From assembly GCA_902373435.1 (NCBI GenBank), contig CABKMD010000001.1, positions 20,500 to 84,499 of the forward strand: DNA of 64,000 nucleotides, given 5' to 3'. Origin of the DNA: an uncultured Actinomyces sp. GTDB lineage: Bacteria; Actinomycetota; Actinomycetes; Actinomycetales; Actinomycetaceae. Made by a program: the position numbers and the translations under genes. Shown here in pieces: positions 56,987 through 64,000 of the stretch (the stretch's first letter is position 1; each line of letters opens with the position of its first letter). The notes beneath the pieces were generated by a model. It had not been told where the DNA came from. It did not search any database and worked only from the letters and a program-made list of their open reading frames with translations.

Positions 56987-57361
56987 ATGGCACGTATTGC
57001 CGGCGTCGACCTCCCCCGCGAGAAGCGGCTCGAGATCGCGCTCACATACATCTACGGAGTCGGCCGCACCCGCGCGGCAGAGACCCTCGCCGCCACCGGC
57101 GTCAGCCCGGACACTCGCGTGAAGGACGCGACGGAAGAGGAACTCGTCAAGCTTCGTGACTACATTGAGGCAAACTTCAAGGTTGAGGGTGACCTCCGCC
57201 GTGAGGTTCAGGCCGACATTCGTCGCAAGATCGAAATCGGTTCGTACCAGGGCCTTCGCCACCGTCGTGGCCTGCCGGTCCACGGTCAGCGCACCAAGAC
57301 CAACGCGCGTACCCGCAAGGGCCCCAAGCGCACCGTTGCAGGCAAGAAGAAGGCCAAGTAA
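56987..57361 (+). CDS. rpsM: 30S ribosomal protein S13.
   Basis: [14 protein letters not shown] signature. Confidence 0.97.
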   Translation: MARIAGVDLPREKRLEIALTYIYGVGRTRAAETLAATGVSPDTRVKDATEEELVKLRDYIEANFKVEGDLRREVQADIRRKIEIGSYQGLRHRRGLPVHGQRTKTNARTRKGPKRTVAGKKKAK

Positions 57362-57422
57362 GGCCTAGGAGAGCGCATCCCTTCGGGATAGCTTTCCGCG
57401 ACAAGAAGGAACTGAACCAGAA

Positions 57423-57833
57423 ATGGCAGCAGCAAAGACCTCGCGCTCGGGCGGTGCCCGCAAGCCGCGTCGCAAGATTTCGAAGAACGTCACCAACGGC
57501 CACGCCTACATCAAGTCGACGTTCAACAACACCATCGTTTCCCTCACGGACCCCACGGGCGCGGTTGTCGCCTGGGCGTCCTCCGGCCAGGTTGGCTTCA
57601 AGGGTTCGCGTAAGTCCACCCCCTTCGCCGCCCAGCTCGCGGCCGAGGCTGCGGCTCGGCGCGCCCAGGAGCACGGCATGAAGAAGGTTGACGTTTTCGT
57701 GAAGGGTCCCGGCTCCGGCCGTGAGACCGCGATCCGTTCCCTCCAGGCCGCCGGCCTCGAGATCGGTTCGATCCAGGACGTCACGCCTCAGGCCTTCAAC
57801 GGCACCCGCCCGCCGAAGCGCCGCCGCGGCTGA
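57423..57833 (+). CDS. rpsK: 30S ribosomal protein S11.
   Basis: Signature [31 protein letters not shown]. Confidence 0.97.
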   Translation: MAAAKTSRSGGARKPRRKISKNVTNGHAYIKSTFNNTIVSLTDPTGAVVAWASSGQVGFKGSRKSTPFAAQLAAEAAARRAQEHGMKKVDVFVKGPGSGRETAIRSLQAAGLEIGSIQDVTPQAFNGTRPPKRRRG

Positions 57834-57957
57834 CTTGTGGACGGGAGGGCTATGCCCTCCCCACGTCTGAACCTTCAGGTTCTTACTCCCTTAGCCTGCT
57901 TCAGCAGGTTCCCATATCCGGTGTCATATAGCGGGCACCGGCCAGAAAGGAATAGAC

Positions 57958-58953
57958 GTGCTCATTGCAGAGCGACCCATCCTGACCGAAGAAAAGGTCA
58001 GCGACCTGCGCTCCCGTTTCACCCTGGAGCCCCTCGAGCCCGGGTTCGGCTACACGCTGGGTAATTCCCTGCGTCGTACCCTCCTCTCCTCGATCCCGGG
58101 TGCAGCGGTGACGTCCATCCGTATTGATGGCGTCCCCCACGAGTTCCGCACGATCGAAGGTGTGAAGGAAGATGTCGCTGAGATCATCCTGAACATCAAG
58201 CAGATCGTCCTGTCCAGCGAGAACGACGAGCCTGTCGTCATGTACCTGCGGAAGGCTGGCCCCGGCGAGGTTCTCGCCGGCGACATCACGCCTCCCGCCG
58301 GCGTGGAGATCCACAACCCCGATCTGCACCTTGCCACCCTCAACGAGAAGGGCAAGCTGGAGATCGAGCTGACCGTCGAGCGTGGCCGTGGCTACGTGTC
58401 GGCTGCTCAGAACAAGGATCCGCAGGCCGAGATCTCTCGCATTCCGATTGATTCGATCTACTCGCCCGTCGTCAAGGTGACCTACAAGGTCGAGGCGACG
58501 CGTGTTGAGCAGCGCACCGACTTTGATCGCCTCGTCATCGACGTGGAGACCAAGCCGGCGATCACCCCGCGCGACGCCCTGGCCTCGGCCGGCAAGACGC
58601 TGGTGGAGCTGTTCGGCCTCATGCGTGAACTGAACGAGGAAGCGGAAGGCATCGAGGTGGGCCCGTCCACAACCGACGCCACCCTCGCAGCCGATCTGGC
58701 TCTTCCGATCGAGAACCTCAACCTGCAGTCGCGTTCCTACAACGCGCTGCGTCGCCGCGGCATTCTGACCGTCGGCGAGCTGGTTGCTCACTCGGAGGCC
58801 GACCTGCTCGACATCCGCAACTTCGGCACCAAGTCGATCGAAGAGATCAAGGAGTCCTTGGCGGCCCTTGGTATGACGCTGAAGGACTCGGTCATGCCGA
58901 GCTTCAGCGACTCGGAGTCCGCCGCGATCTTTTCGGACGACCAGTCCATCTGA
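57958..58953 (+). CDS. rpoA: DNA-directed RNA polymerase alpha subunit.
   Basis: Collinear with actinobacterial RpoA ([36 protein letters not shown]). GTG start with an aaagga RBS. Confidence 0.97.
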   Translation: MLIAERPILTEEKVSDLRSRFTLEPLEPGFGYTLGNSLRRTLLSSIPGAAVTSIRIDGVPHEFRTIEGVKEDVAEIILNIKQIVLSSENDEPVVMYLRKAGPGEVLAGDITPPAGVEIHNPDLHLATLNEKGKLEIELTVERGRGYVSAAQNKDPQAEISRIPIDSIYSPVVKVTYKVEATRVEQRTDFDRLVIDVETKPAITPRDALASAGKTLVELFGLMRELNEEAEGIEVGPSTTDATLAADLALPIENLNLQSRSYNALRRRGILTVGELVAHSEADLLDIRNFGTKSIEEIKESLAALGMTLKDSVMPSFSDSESAAIFSDDQSI

Positions 58954-58996
58954 CCCCGTGCGTCCGATGGGCGCATTGAATCCGTAGGAGAAACTC

Positions 58997-59566
58997 ATGC
59001 CCACCCCCAAGAAGGGTGCTCGTCTGGGCGGTAGCCCGGCACACCAGAAGCTGATCCTGTCGAACCTGGCAGCTCAGCTCATCGAACACCGTGCGATCAC
59101 GACGACCGAGGCCAAGGCCAAGGCCCTGCGCCCCTACGTCGAGAAGCTCATCACTAAGGCCAAGCGTGGCGACCAGCACGCCCGCCGCACGGTCATGAAG
59201 AAGATCCCCAACAAGGGTATCGTCGCGATCCTCTTCGAGGAGCTCGTCCCCGCGATGGATTCCGAGCGCGCCGGCGGCTACACCCGCCTTATCCGCGTCG
59301 GCAACCGCAAGGGCGACAACGCTCCCCTGATGCGCGTTGAGCTCGTCATGGAGAAGGTCGAGAAGAAGGCCGTCGTGAAGGCTGCCGAGAAGACCGCTGC
59401 AAAGGCTGTCGCCGCCGAGGCCGAGAAGGCTGCTGAGGCTGCCGCCGATCGCGCCGAAGAGGCTCGTGAGGAAGGCGATCTCGCCAAGGCCAACGAGGCT
59501 GAGGAAGTTGCCTCTGAGGCCGGCGAGGCTGCTGACGCCGCCGAGCAGGTCGAAGAAGAGAAGTGA
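58997..59566 (+). CDS. rplQ: 50S ribosomal protein L17 with a long Ala/Glu/Lys-rich C-terminal extension.
   Basis: Core L17 signature in the first roughly 115 aa. The tail is low-complexity [12 protein letters not shown]. Confidence 0.95.
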   Translation: MPTPKKGARLGGSPAHQKLILSNLAAQLIEHRAITTTEAKAKALRPYVEKLITKAKRGDQHARRTVMKKIPNKGIVAILFEELVPAMDSERAGGYTRLIRVGNRKGDNAPLMRVELVMEKVEKKAVVKAAEKTAAKAVAAEAEKAAEAAADRAEEAREEGDLAKANEAEEVASEAGEAADAAEQVEEEK

Positions 59567-59594
59567 CCGTGAGGCACTGACCGATTCGAGCATT

Positions 59595-59634
59595 GGGCCG
59601 GACATTCCGCAAGGAGTGTCCGGCCCTTGCCGTA
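59595..59634 (+). terminator. Hairpin gggccggaca ttccgcaaggag tgtccggccc followed by ttgccgtat, downstream of rplQ.
   Basis: Perfect 10-bp stem read directly. The U-tract is weak. Confidence 0.5.
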
Positions 59635-59651
59635 TCCGGTAGCCTGAAGCC

Positions 59652-60401
59652 ATGACTCGTGAGATGACGTTGGCGATTGACTGCGGCGGCGGTGGGATTA
59701 AGGGTTCCGTCGTGGATGAGCGCGGCACCATGATGGCCCCGCCTCGCAGGGTGCCCACTCCCTACCCGCTGCCTCCCGAGCTTCTCGTGGAAACCGTTGT
59801 CGGCCTCGCGCGCGAGCTTCCCGCTGCGACGCGCGTGACGATGGGTATGCCGGGCATGATTCGCCACGGCGTGGTCATCGCGACCCCTCACTACATCACG
59901 CGCGACGGGCCGCGCTCGCGCGTGCTGCCTGAGCTGGTGGAACGCTGGGATCACTTCGACATGGGGCGCGCTATTGAAGGGGCCCTCGGTCTGCCGACGA
60001 AGGTCCTGAACGACGCCGAAGTCGCCGGCGCAGGGGCGATCACGGGCCGCGGTCTCGAAATGATCATCACTCTGGGCACGGGCCTCGGTAACGCCGTTTT
60101 TGACGGTGGCCAGCTGGCTCCCCACGTCGAGGTGTCGCAGGGGCCCGTTCGGTGGGGCTTGACCTACGACGACTACATTGGCGAGCATGAACGCCTGCGC
60201 CTCGGCGACGTGCACTGGTCGCGCCGTATCCGCCGCGTCGTGGACGGCCTGCGTCCCATGTACATGTGGGATCGCCTCTACCTGGGTGGCGGCAACTCCA
60301 AGCGCATCACGGCCTCGAACCTGCGCCTCATGGGTGATGACGTCATCGTCGTGCCGAACGACGCGGGCATCATCGGCGGCGTTCGGGCGTGGGAGCTGTG
60401 A
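59652..60401 (+). CDS. ROK-family sugar kinase, polyphosphate/ATP-glucokinase (PpgK)-like.
   Basis: N-terminal ATPase motif LAIDCGGGGIKGSVVD and later motifs LNDAEVAGAGA and ITLGTGLGNAV, resembling actinobacterial PpgK. Confidence 0.7.
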   Translation: MTREMTLAIDCGGGGIKGSVVDERGTMMAPPRRVPTPYPLPPELLVETVVGLARELPAATRVTMGMPGMIRHGVVIATPHYITRDGPRSRVLPELVERWDHFDMGRAIEGALGLPTKVLNDAEVAGAGAITGRGLEMIITLGTGLGNAVFDGGQLAPHVEVSQGPVRWGLTYDDYIGEHERLRLGDVHWSRRIRRVVDGLRPMYMWDRLYLGGGNSKRITASNLRLMGDDVIVVPNDAGIIGGVRAWEL

Positions 60402-61306
60402 GCGCGCGGCGCCTGCGCCTCGACCTGGGCTACGACGGCACTGACTTTCGTGGATGGGCAGCACAGCCCGGCCTGCGTACCGTCCAGGGCGAGATTGAAG
60501 CGGCCCTTGCCATGGCCTCGCGCGAAGAGATCGTGACGACGGTCGCGGGTCGCACCGACGCGGGGGTTCATGCGCGTCACCAGGTCTGTCATGCGGACAT
60601 TTCCGAGGCGGCCTGGGCGCGCCTGTCGCCCAGGGGAGGGGAGTGCGACGATGACTCCGCGGCCTCGTCGATTGTCCGACGACTCAACAAGATCCTGTCC
60701 GGCCGATACGGCGAGCGCGCTCGTGGGCGCGAGCTGGCCCCCGCGCGCGGCACCTGCGACGTGCGCATCTATTCGGCCGCCGTCGTCAACCCCAGTTTTG
60801 ACGCGCGCTTTTCTGCCCTTGGGCGTTCCTACGCCTACCGGGTGTCCGATCGTCCTGAGCCTCTTGGGCGCTGGGATCGCCTCTGGATCGAAGAGCCCCT
60901 CGACGAGGGGGCCATGAACGAGGCCGGGGCTGCCCTCCTCGGGGAACATGACTTCCTCGGGTTCTGCCGCCCGCGCGAGGGAGCCACGACGATCCGCACG
61001 CTGCGCACCCTGCACGCCGAGCGTGACTCAGAGCGAACCCTCGTCTTCCGAGTCGAGGCTGACGCTTTCTGCCACTCGATGGTCCGCTCCCTGGTGGGGG
61101 CGCTGCTCCTCGTCGGCTCGGGCGCGCGCGACACCGACTACCCGGCGCAGATCCTGCGGGCGCGCTCCCGTTCCGAGGCCGCGCCGATCGCTCCCGCACA
61201 CGGACTCACCCTTGAGAGCGTGGAGTATCCCGATCCCTCGCAGTGGGGCGCGCGAGCCGAGCAAGCCCGGGCTAGGCGCGACACGTGCTGCGGCGACGAC
61301 GGCTGA
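60398..61306 (+). CDS. truA: tRNA pseudouridine(38-40) synthase TruA.
   Basis: Motifs LDLGYDGTDFRGWAAQPG and catalytic AGRTDAGVHA. The GTG start overlaps the upstream stop (GTGA). GTG 60389 is an alternative. Confidence 0.9.
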   Translation: MSARRLRLDLGYDGTDFRGWAAQPGLRTVQGEIEAALAMASREEIVTTVAGRTDAGVHARHQVCHADISEAAWARLSPRGGECDDDSAASSIVRRLNKILSGRYGERARGRELAPARGTCDVRIYSAAVVNPSFDARFSALGRSYAYRVSDRPEPLGRWDRLWIEEPLDEGAMNEAGAALLGEHDFLGFCRPREGATTIRTLRTLHAERDSERTLVFRVEADAFCHSMVRSLVGALLLVGSGARDTDYPAQILRARSRSEAAPIAPAHGLTLESVEYPDPSQWGARAEQARARRDTCCGDDG

Positions 61307-61509
61307 GGAATGTGACACAGTATTCGCCGCGCTTTGACCGCCGGGCTGCGCACAGATAATATGGCTAGTGCTGTGCGTCAGCAGAGTACCTAGTGTCTCC
61401 CACTCGCTAGGAGCGCTCGCCGACGCCTCGCGCGAACCGTTTCATCGTGGACACCCCCGGAAAAACCGGCGCGGCGTCCCATGACCAACAAGAATTGAAG
61501 GTTACGCCC

Positions 61510-61953
61510 GTGCGCACCTATTCACCCAAGCCTGGGGACGCGGACAAGAAGTGGTACGTCATTGACGCCACCGACGTCGTCCTCGGTCGCCTGGCAGCCC
61601 AGACCGCTGCCCTTCTCCGTGGGAAGCACAAGCCGACGTTCGCCCCTCACATGGACATGGGCGACTACGTCATCATCATCAACGCGGACAAGGTCGCTCT
61701 GACCGGCAAGAAGCTCGACCAGAAGATGGCCTACCGTCACTCCGGTCGTCCTGGTGGCCTGACCGCAACCGCTTACCGTGACCTCCTCGCCGCGACGCCT
61801 GAGCGCGCCGTCGAGAAGGCCGTTAAGGGCATGCTTCCTCACAACTCCCTCGGCCGCGCGCAGTTCAAGAAGCTGCATGTGTACGCTGGCCCGGAGCACC
61901 CCCACGCCGGCCAGTCGCCGGTTCCCTACGAACTGACCCAGGTGGCTCAGTGA
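61510..61953 (+). CDS. rplM: 50S ribosomal protein L13.
   Basis: [50 protein letters not shown] signature. GTG 61510 has a gaagg RBS 7 nt upstream. TTG 61495 is an alternative. Confidence 0.93.
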   Translation: MRTYSPKPGDADKKWYVIDATDVVLGRLAAQTAALLRGKHKPTFAPHMDMGDYVIIINADKVALTGKKLDQKMAYRHSGRPGGLTATAYRDLLAATPERAVEKAVKGMLPHNSLGRAQFKKLHVYAGPEHPHAGQSPVPYELTQVAQ

Positions 61954-61991
61954 CCTTTGGTCGCTGAACGCCTTTGACCCTGAGGAGAACC

Positions 61992-62483
61992 GTGGCTGAG
62001 ACCATCGTTTCCGCTGAGCTGGACGAGGAAGTCGTCCCCAGCTCTTACACGTCCGAGACCGAGTCGGCTCCCGCCGGCGCCGGTCAGTCCATCACCGCGC
62101 CCGGCGCGGGCCTGGGCCGCCGCAAGGAGGCCGTCGCCCGCGTTCGCCTGGTCCCCGGCTCCGGCAAGTGGACCATCAACGGTCGCACCCTTGAGGACTA
62201 CTTCCCCAACAAGCTGCACCAGCAGCTGGTGAAGTCCCCCTTCGTGCTGCTCGACATTGACGGCCGCTTCGACGTCATCGCCCGCATTAACGGCGGCGGC
62301 ATTTCCGGCCAGGCCGGCGCCCTGCGCCTCGGCGTGTCGCGCGCCCTCAACGAGATCGACCGCGACGCGAACCGTCCGGCCCTCAAGAAGGCTGGCTTCC
62401 TGACCCGTGATGCCCGCGCCACCGAGCGTAAGAAGGCAGGTCTCAAGAAGGCCCGCAAGGCTTCGCAGTTCTCGAAGCGCTGA
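61992..62483 (+). CDS. rpsI: 30S ribosomal protein S9 (with the actinobacterial N-terminal extension).
   Basis: [24 protein letters not shown]...[12 protein letters not shown] signature. A gaggag RBS is 4 nt upstream of GTG 61992. Confidence 0.93.
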   Translation: MAETIVSAELDEEVVPSSYTSETESAPAGAGQSITAPGAGLGRRKEAVARVRLVPGSGKWTINGRTLEDYFPNKLHQQLVKSPFVLLDIDGRFDVIARINGGGISGQAGALRLGVSRALNEIDRDANRPALKKAGFLTRDARATERKKAGLKKARKASQFSKR

Positions 62484-62507
62484 TTTTACTCAGCACATTT
62501 TCTGTTG

Positions 62508-62542
62508 GCCGCGCCCCGCATCTGCGGGGCGCGGCTTTCGTA
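62508..62542 (+). terminator. Rho-independent terminator gccgcgccccgc atct gcggggcgcggc followed by tttcgtat, after rpsI.
   Basis: Perfect 12-bp GC stem plus T-run, read directly. Confidence 0.8.
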
Positions 62543-62664
62543 TCCCCTCCTGGCCGTGCCAGTATGTGAGCGTCTCCGCTGTCCGCGCCTCGGCCTCGTA
62601 GAAATGAGTGGGCGCGAACGCGGTAGGCTTAGTGCAGTCGAATGACCCACTGAACGGAGAGACT

Positions 62665-64000
62665 ATGCCCAGGATGTTCGGCACGGACGGCGTGCGAGGA
62701 CTGGCGAACGTTGACATCACTGCGGACCTCGCGCTGCAGCTCGGCGAGGCGGCGGCCCGCCAGTTCGGCGGCTCCCTGCGTGCGGACGGCTCCAAGCCTC
62801 GCGCGATCATCGGCCGCGACACCCGCATCTCGGGTGAGTTCCTCGACCACGCGCTCGCGGCGGGCCTGGCGAGCGCCGGCATGGACGTGACCCGCATCGG
62901 CGTCGTCACCACCCCGACGGTCGCGCACCTGACGGCCACGGAGGACACCGTGGATCTGGGCGTCATGATCTCCGCGTCACACAACCCCATGCCCGACAAT
63001 GGCATCAAGTTCTTCGCGCACGGCGGCTACAAGCTCGCCGATGCCGTGGAGGACCAGATCGAGGCGCTCGTGAACACCGAGTGGGATCGCCCCACCGGCG
63101 ACGCAGTCGGCGAGGTTAACGCGGACCACGCGTGGGCGAAGGACTCCTACATTGCGCACCTCGTCGAGGCGATCGGCACCGATCTGCGCGGTATGAAAAT
63201 TGCGATCGACTGTGCGAACGGCGCGGCGTCCGAGCTGGGCCCGGCCGTCTTCCGTGAGCTCGGCGCTGACATCACCGTCATCAACGCGTCCCCCGACGGA
63301 CGCAACATCAACCTGCACGCGGGTTCCACGCATCCCGAGTCCCTGCAGGCCGCCGTCGTCGAGGCCGGCTGTGACTTTGGTGTCGCCTACGATGGAGACG
63401 CGGATCGTTGCCTCGCCGTCGACCACGAGGGCAACCTCATCGACGGCGACAAGATCATGGGTGCGCTGGCCGTGAATGCGCTCGGGCGCGGCACTCTCGC
63501 TAAGAACACGCTCGTCGTCACCGTCATGAGCAACCTGGGCCTGCTGATCGCTATGCGCGAGGCTGGTATCAAGACCGTGCAGACCGGCGTGGGCGACCGC
63601 TACGTCCTCGAAGAGATGCTGGCGTCCGGCTACTCCCTCGGTGGTGAGCAGTCCGGCCACATCATCGCCCGCGATCATGCGACCACTGGCGACGGCATCC
63701 TGTCATCGCTGCTGATTTCGCGCATGGTCAAGGAGTCCGGCCGTTCGCTGGCCGACCTGACGTCCTTTATCCAGCGTCTGCCGCAGACCCTCATCAACGT
63801 GGGCGGTGTGGACCGCGCGGCTGCCTCGACGAACGAGGCCGTCGCCGAGGCGGTCGCGGCCGCCGAGGCTCGCCTGGGCGATACCGGCCGCGTGCTCCTG
63901 CGTCCCTCCGGCACCGAGCCGCTCGTGCGTGTCATGGTCGAGGCCGCCACGCAGGAGGAGGCAGACTCTGTCGCCGCTTCGCTGGCGGACGTCGTGAAGG
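62665..64000 (+). CDS. glmM: Phosphoglucosamine mutase, 5' portion (runs off the window end). It is not in the ORF track because no stop lies within the window.
   Basis: Hand translation from ATG 62665 gives MPRMFGTDGVRGLAN...GVMISASHNPMPDNGIKFF (the phosphoserine loop). The ggagag RBS is upstream. Confidence 0.9.
   Translation, partial: MPRMFGTDGVRGLANVDITADLALQLGEAAARQFGGSLRADGSKPRAIIGRDTRISGEFLDHALAAGLASAGMDVTRIGVVTTPTVAHLTATEDTVDLGVMISASHNPMPDNGIKFFAHGGYKLADAVEDQIEALVNTEWDRPTGDAVGEVNADHAWAKDSYIAHLVEAIGTDLRGMKIAIDCANGAASELGPAVFRELGADITVINASPDGRNINLHAGSTHPESLQAAVVEAGCDFGVAYDGDADRCLAVDHEGNLIDGDKIMGALAVNALGRGTLAKNTLVVTVMSNLGLLIAMREAGIKTVQTGVGDRYVLEEMLASGYSLGGEQSGHIIARDHATTGDGILSSLLISRMVKESGRSLADLTSFIQRLPQTLINVGGVDRAAASTNEAVAEAVAAAEARLGDTGRVLLRPSGTEPLVRVMVEAATQEEADSVAASLADVVK

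Overview
This is a high-GC actinobacterial chromosome segment (organisation resembles Actinomycetaceae; coding GC is roughly 65-70%). The second half (about 25.1-64 kb) is the conserved translation/transcription cluster, all on the + strand. In order it holds tRNA-Met, rpoB-rpoC, an inserted family-3 glycoside hydrolase gene, rpsL-rpsG-fusA-tuf, the S10 operon (rpsJ..rpsQ), the spc operon (rplN..rplO, secY, adk, map), infA-rpmJ-rpsM-rpsK-rpoA-rplQ, a ROK/polyphosphate-glucokinase-like gene, truA, rplM-rpsI, and the 5' part of glmM. rpsD is absent from its usual position. An IS1249-type insertion sequence sits between the tuf terminator and the S10 leader. Immediately after the IS lies a tiny ORF whose C-terminus resembles a sortase sorting signal. 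The first 25 kb is accessory or regulatory. It encodes a large secreted surface repeat protein and a low-GC (about 47%) Abi_2-family abortive-infection gene. Next comes a minus-strand run: a stand-alone receiver, a cytoplasmic histidine kinase with a cNMP-binding-like domain, a DASS anion symporter, a hypothetical protein, a HAD-IIA phosphatase, a glycerophosphodiester phosphodiesterase, a kinase-fold DUF4032-like protein and an MsiK-type ABC ATPase. Also present are a TrmH/SpoU methyltransferase (plus strand, between the HAD phosphatase and the phosphodiesterase), a Ser/Thr kinase with a polytopic C-terminus, a DsbA-like oxidoreductase and tRNA-Thr. Directly after tRNA-Thr is a low-GC islet carrying an SdpI/YhfL-type membrane protein. 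Downstream is a translationally coupled pair: a CoA-disulfide-reductase/rhodanese fusion and a CsoR/CstR-family repressor. It is followed by an unlisted 59-aa, 7-cysteine small ORF. Then comes an approximately 1117-aa secreted protein whose N-terminal domain carries bacterial sialyltransferase (GT80-like) signature motifs fused to four ricin-B lectin repeats. That protein is the most unusual item in the window. A uracil-DNA glycosylase gene and a LytR_C-domain gene follow it. Long minus-strand ORFs across rpoB/rpoC/fusA/tuf and the r-protein genes are antisense artefacts of the GC-rich coding strand. No CRISPR array or rRNA gene was found.
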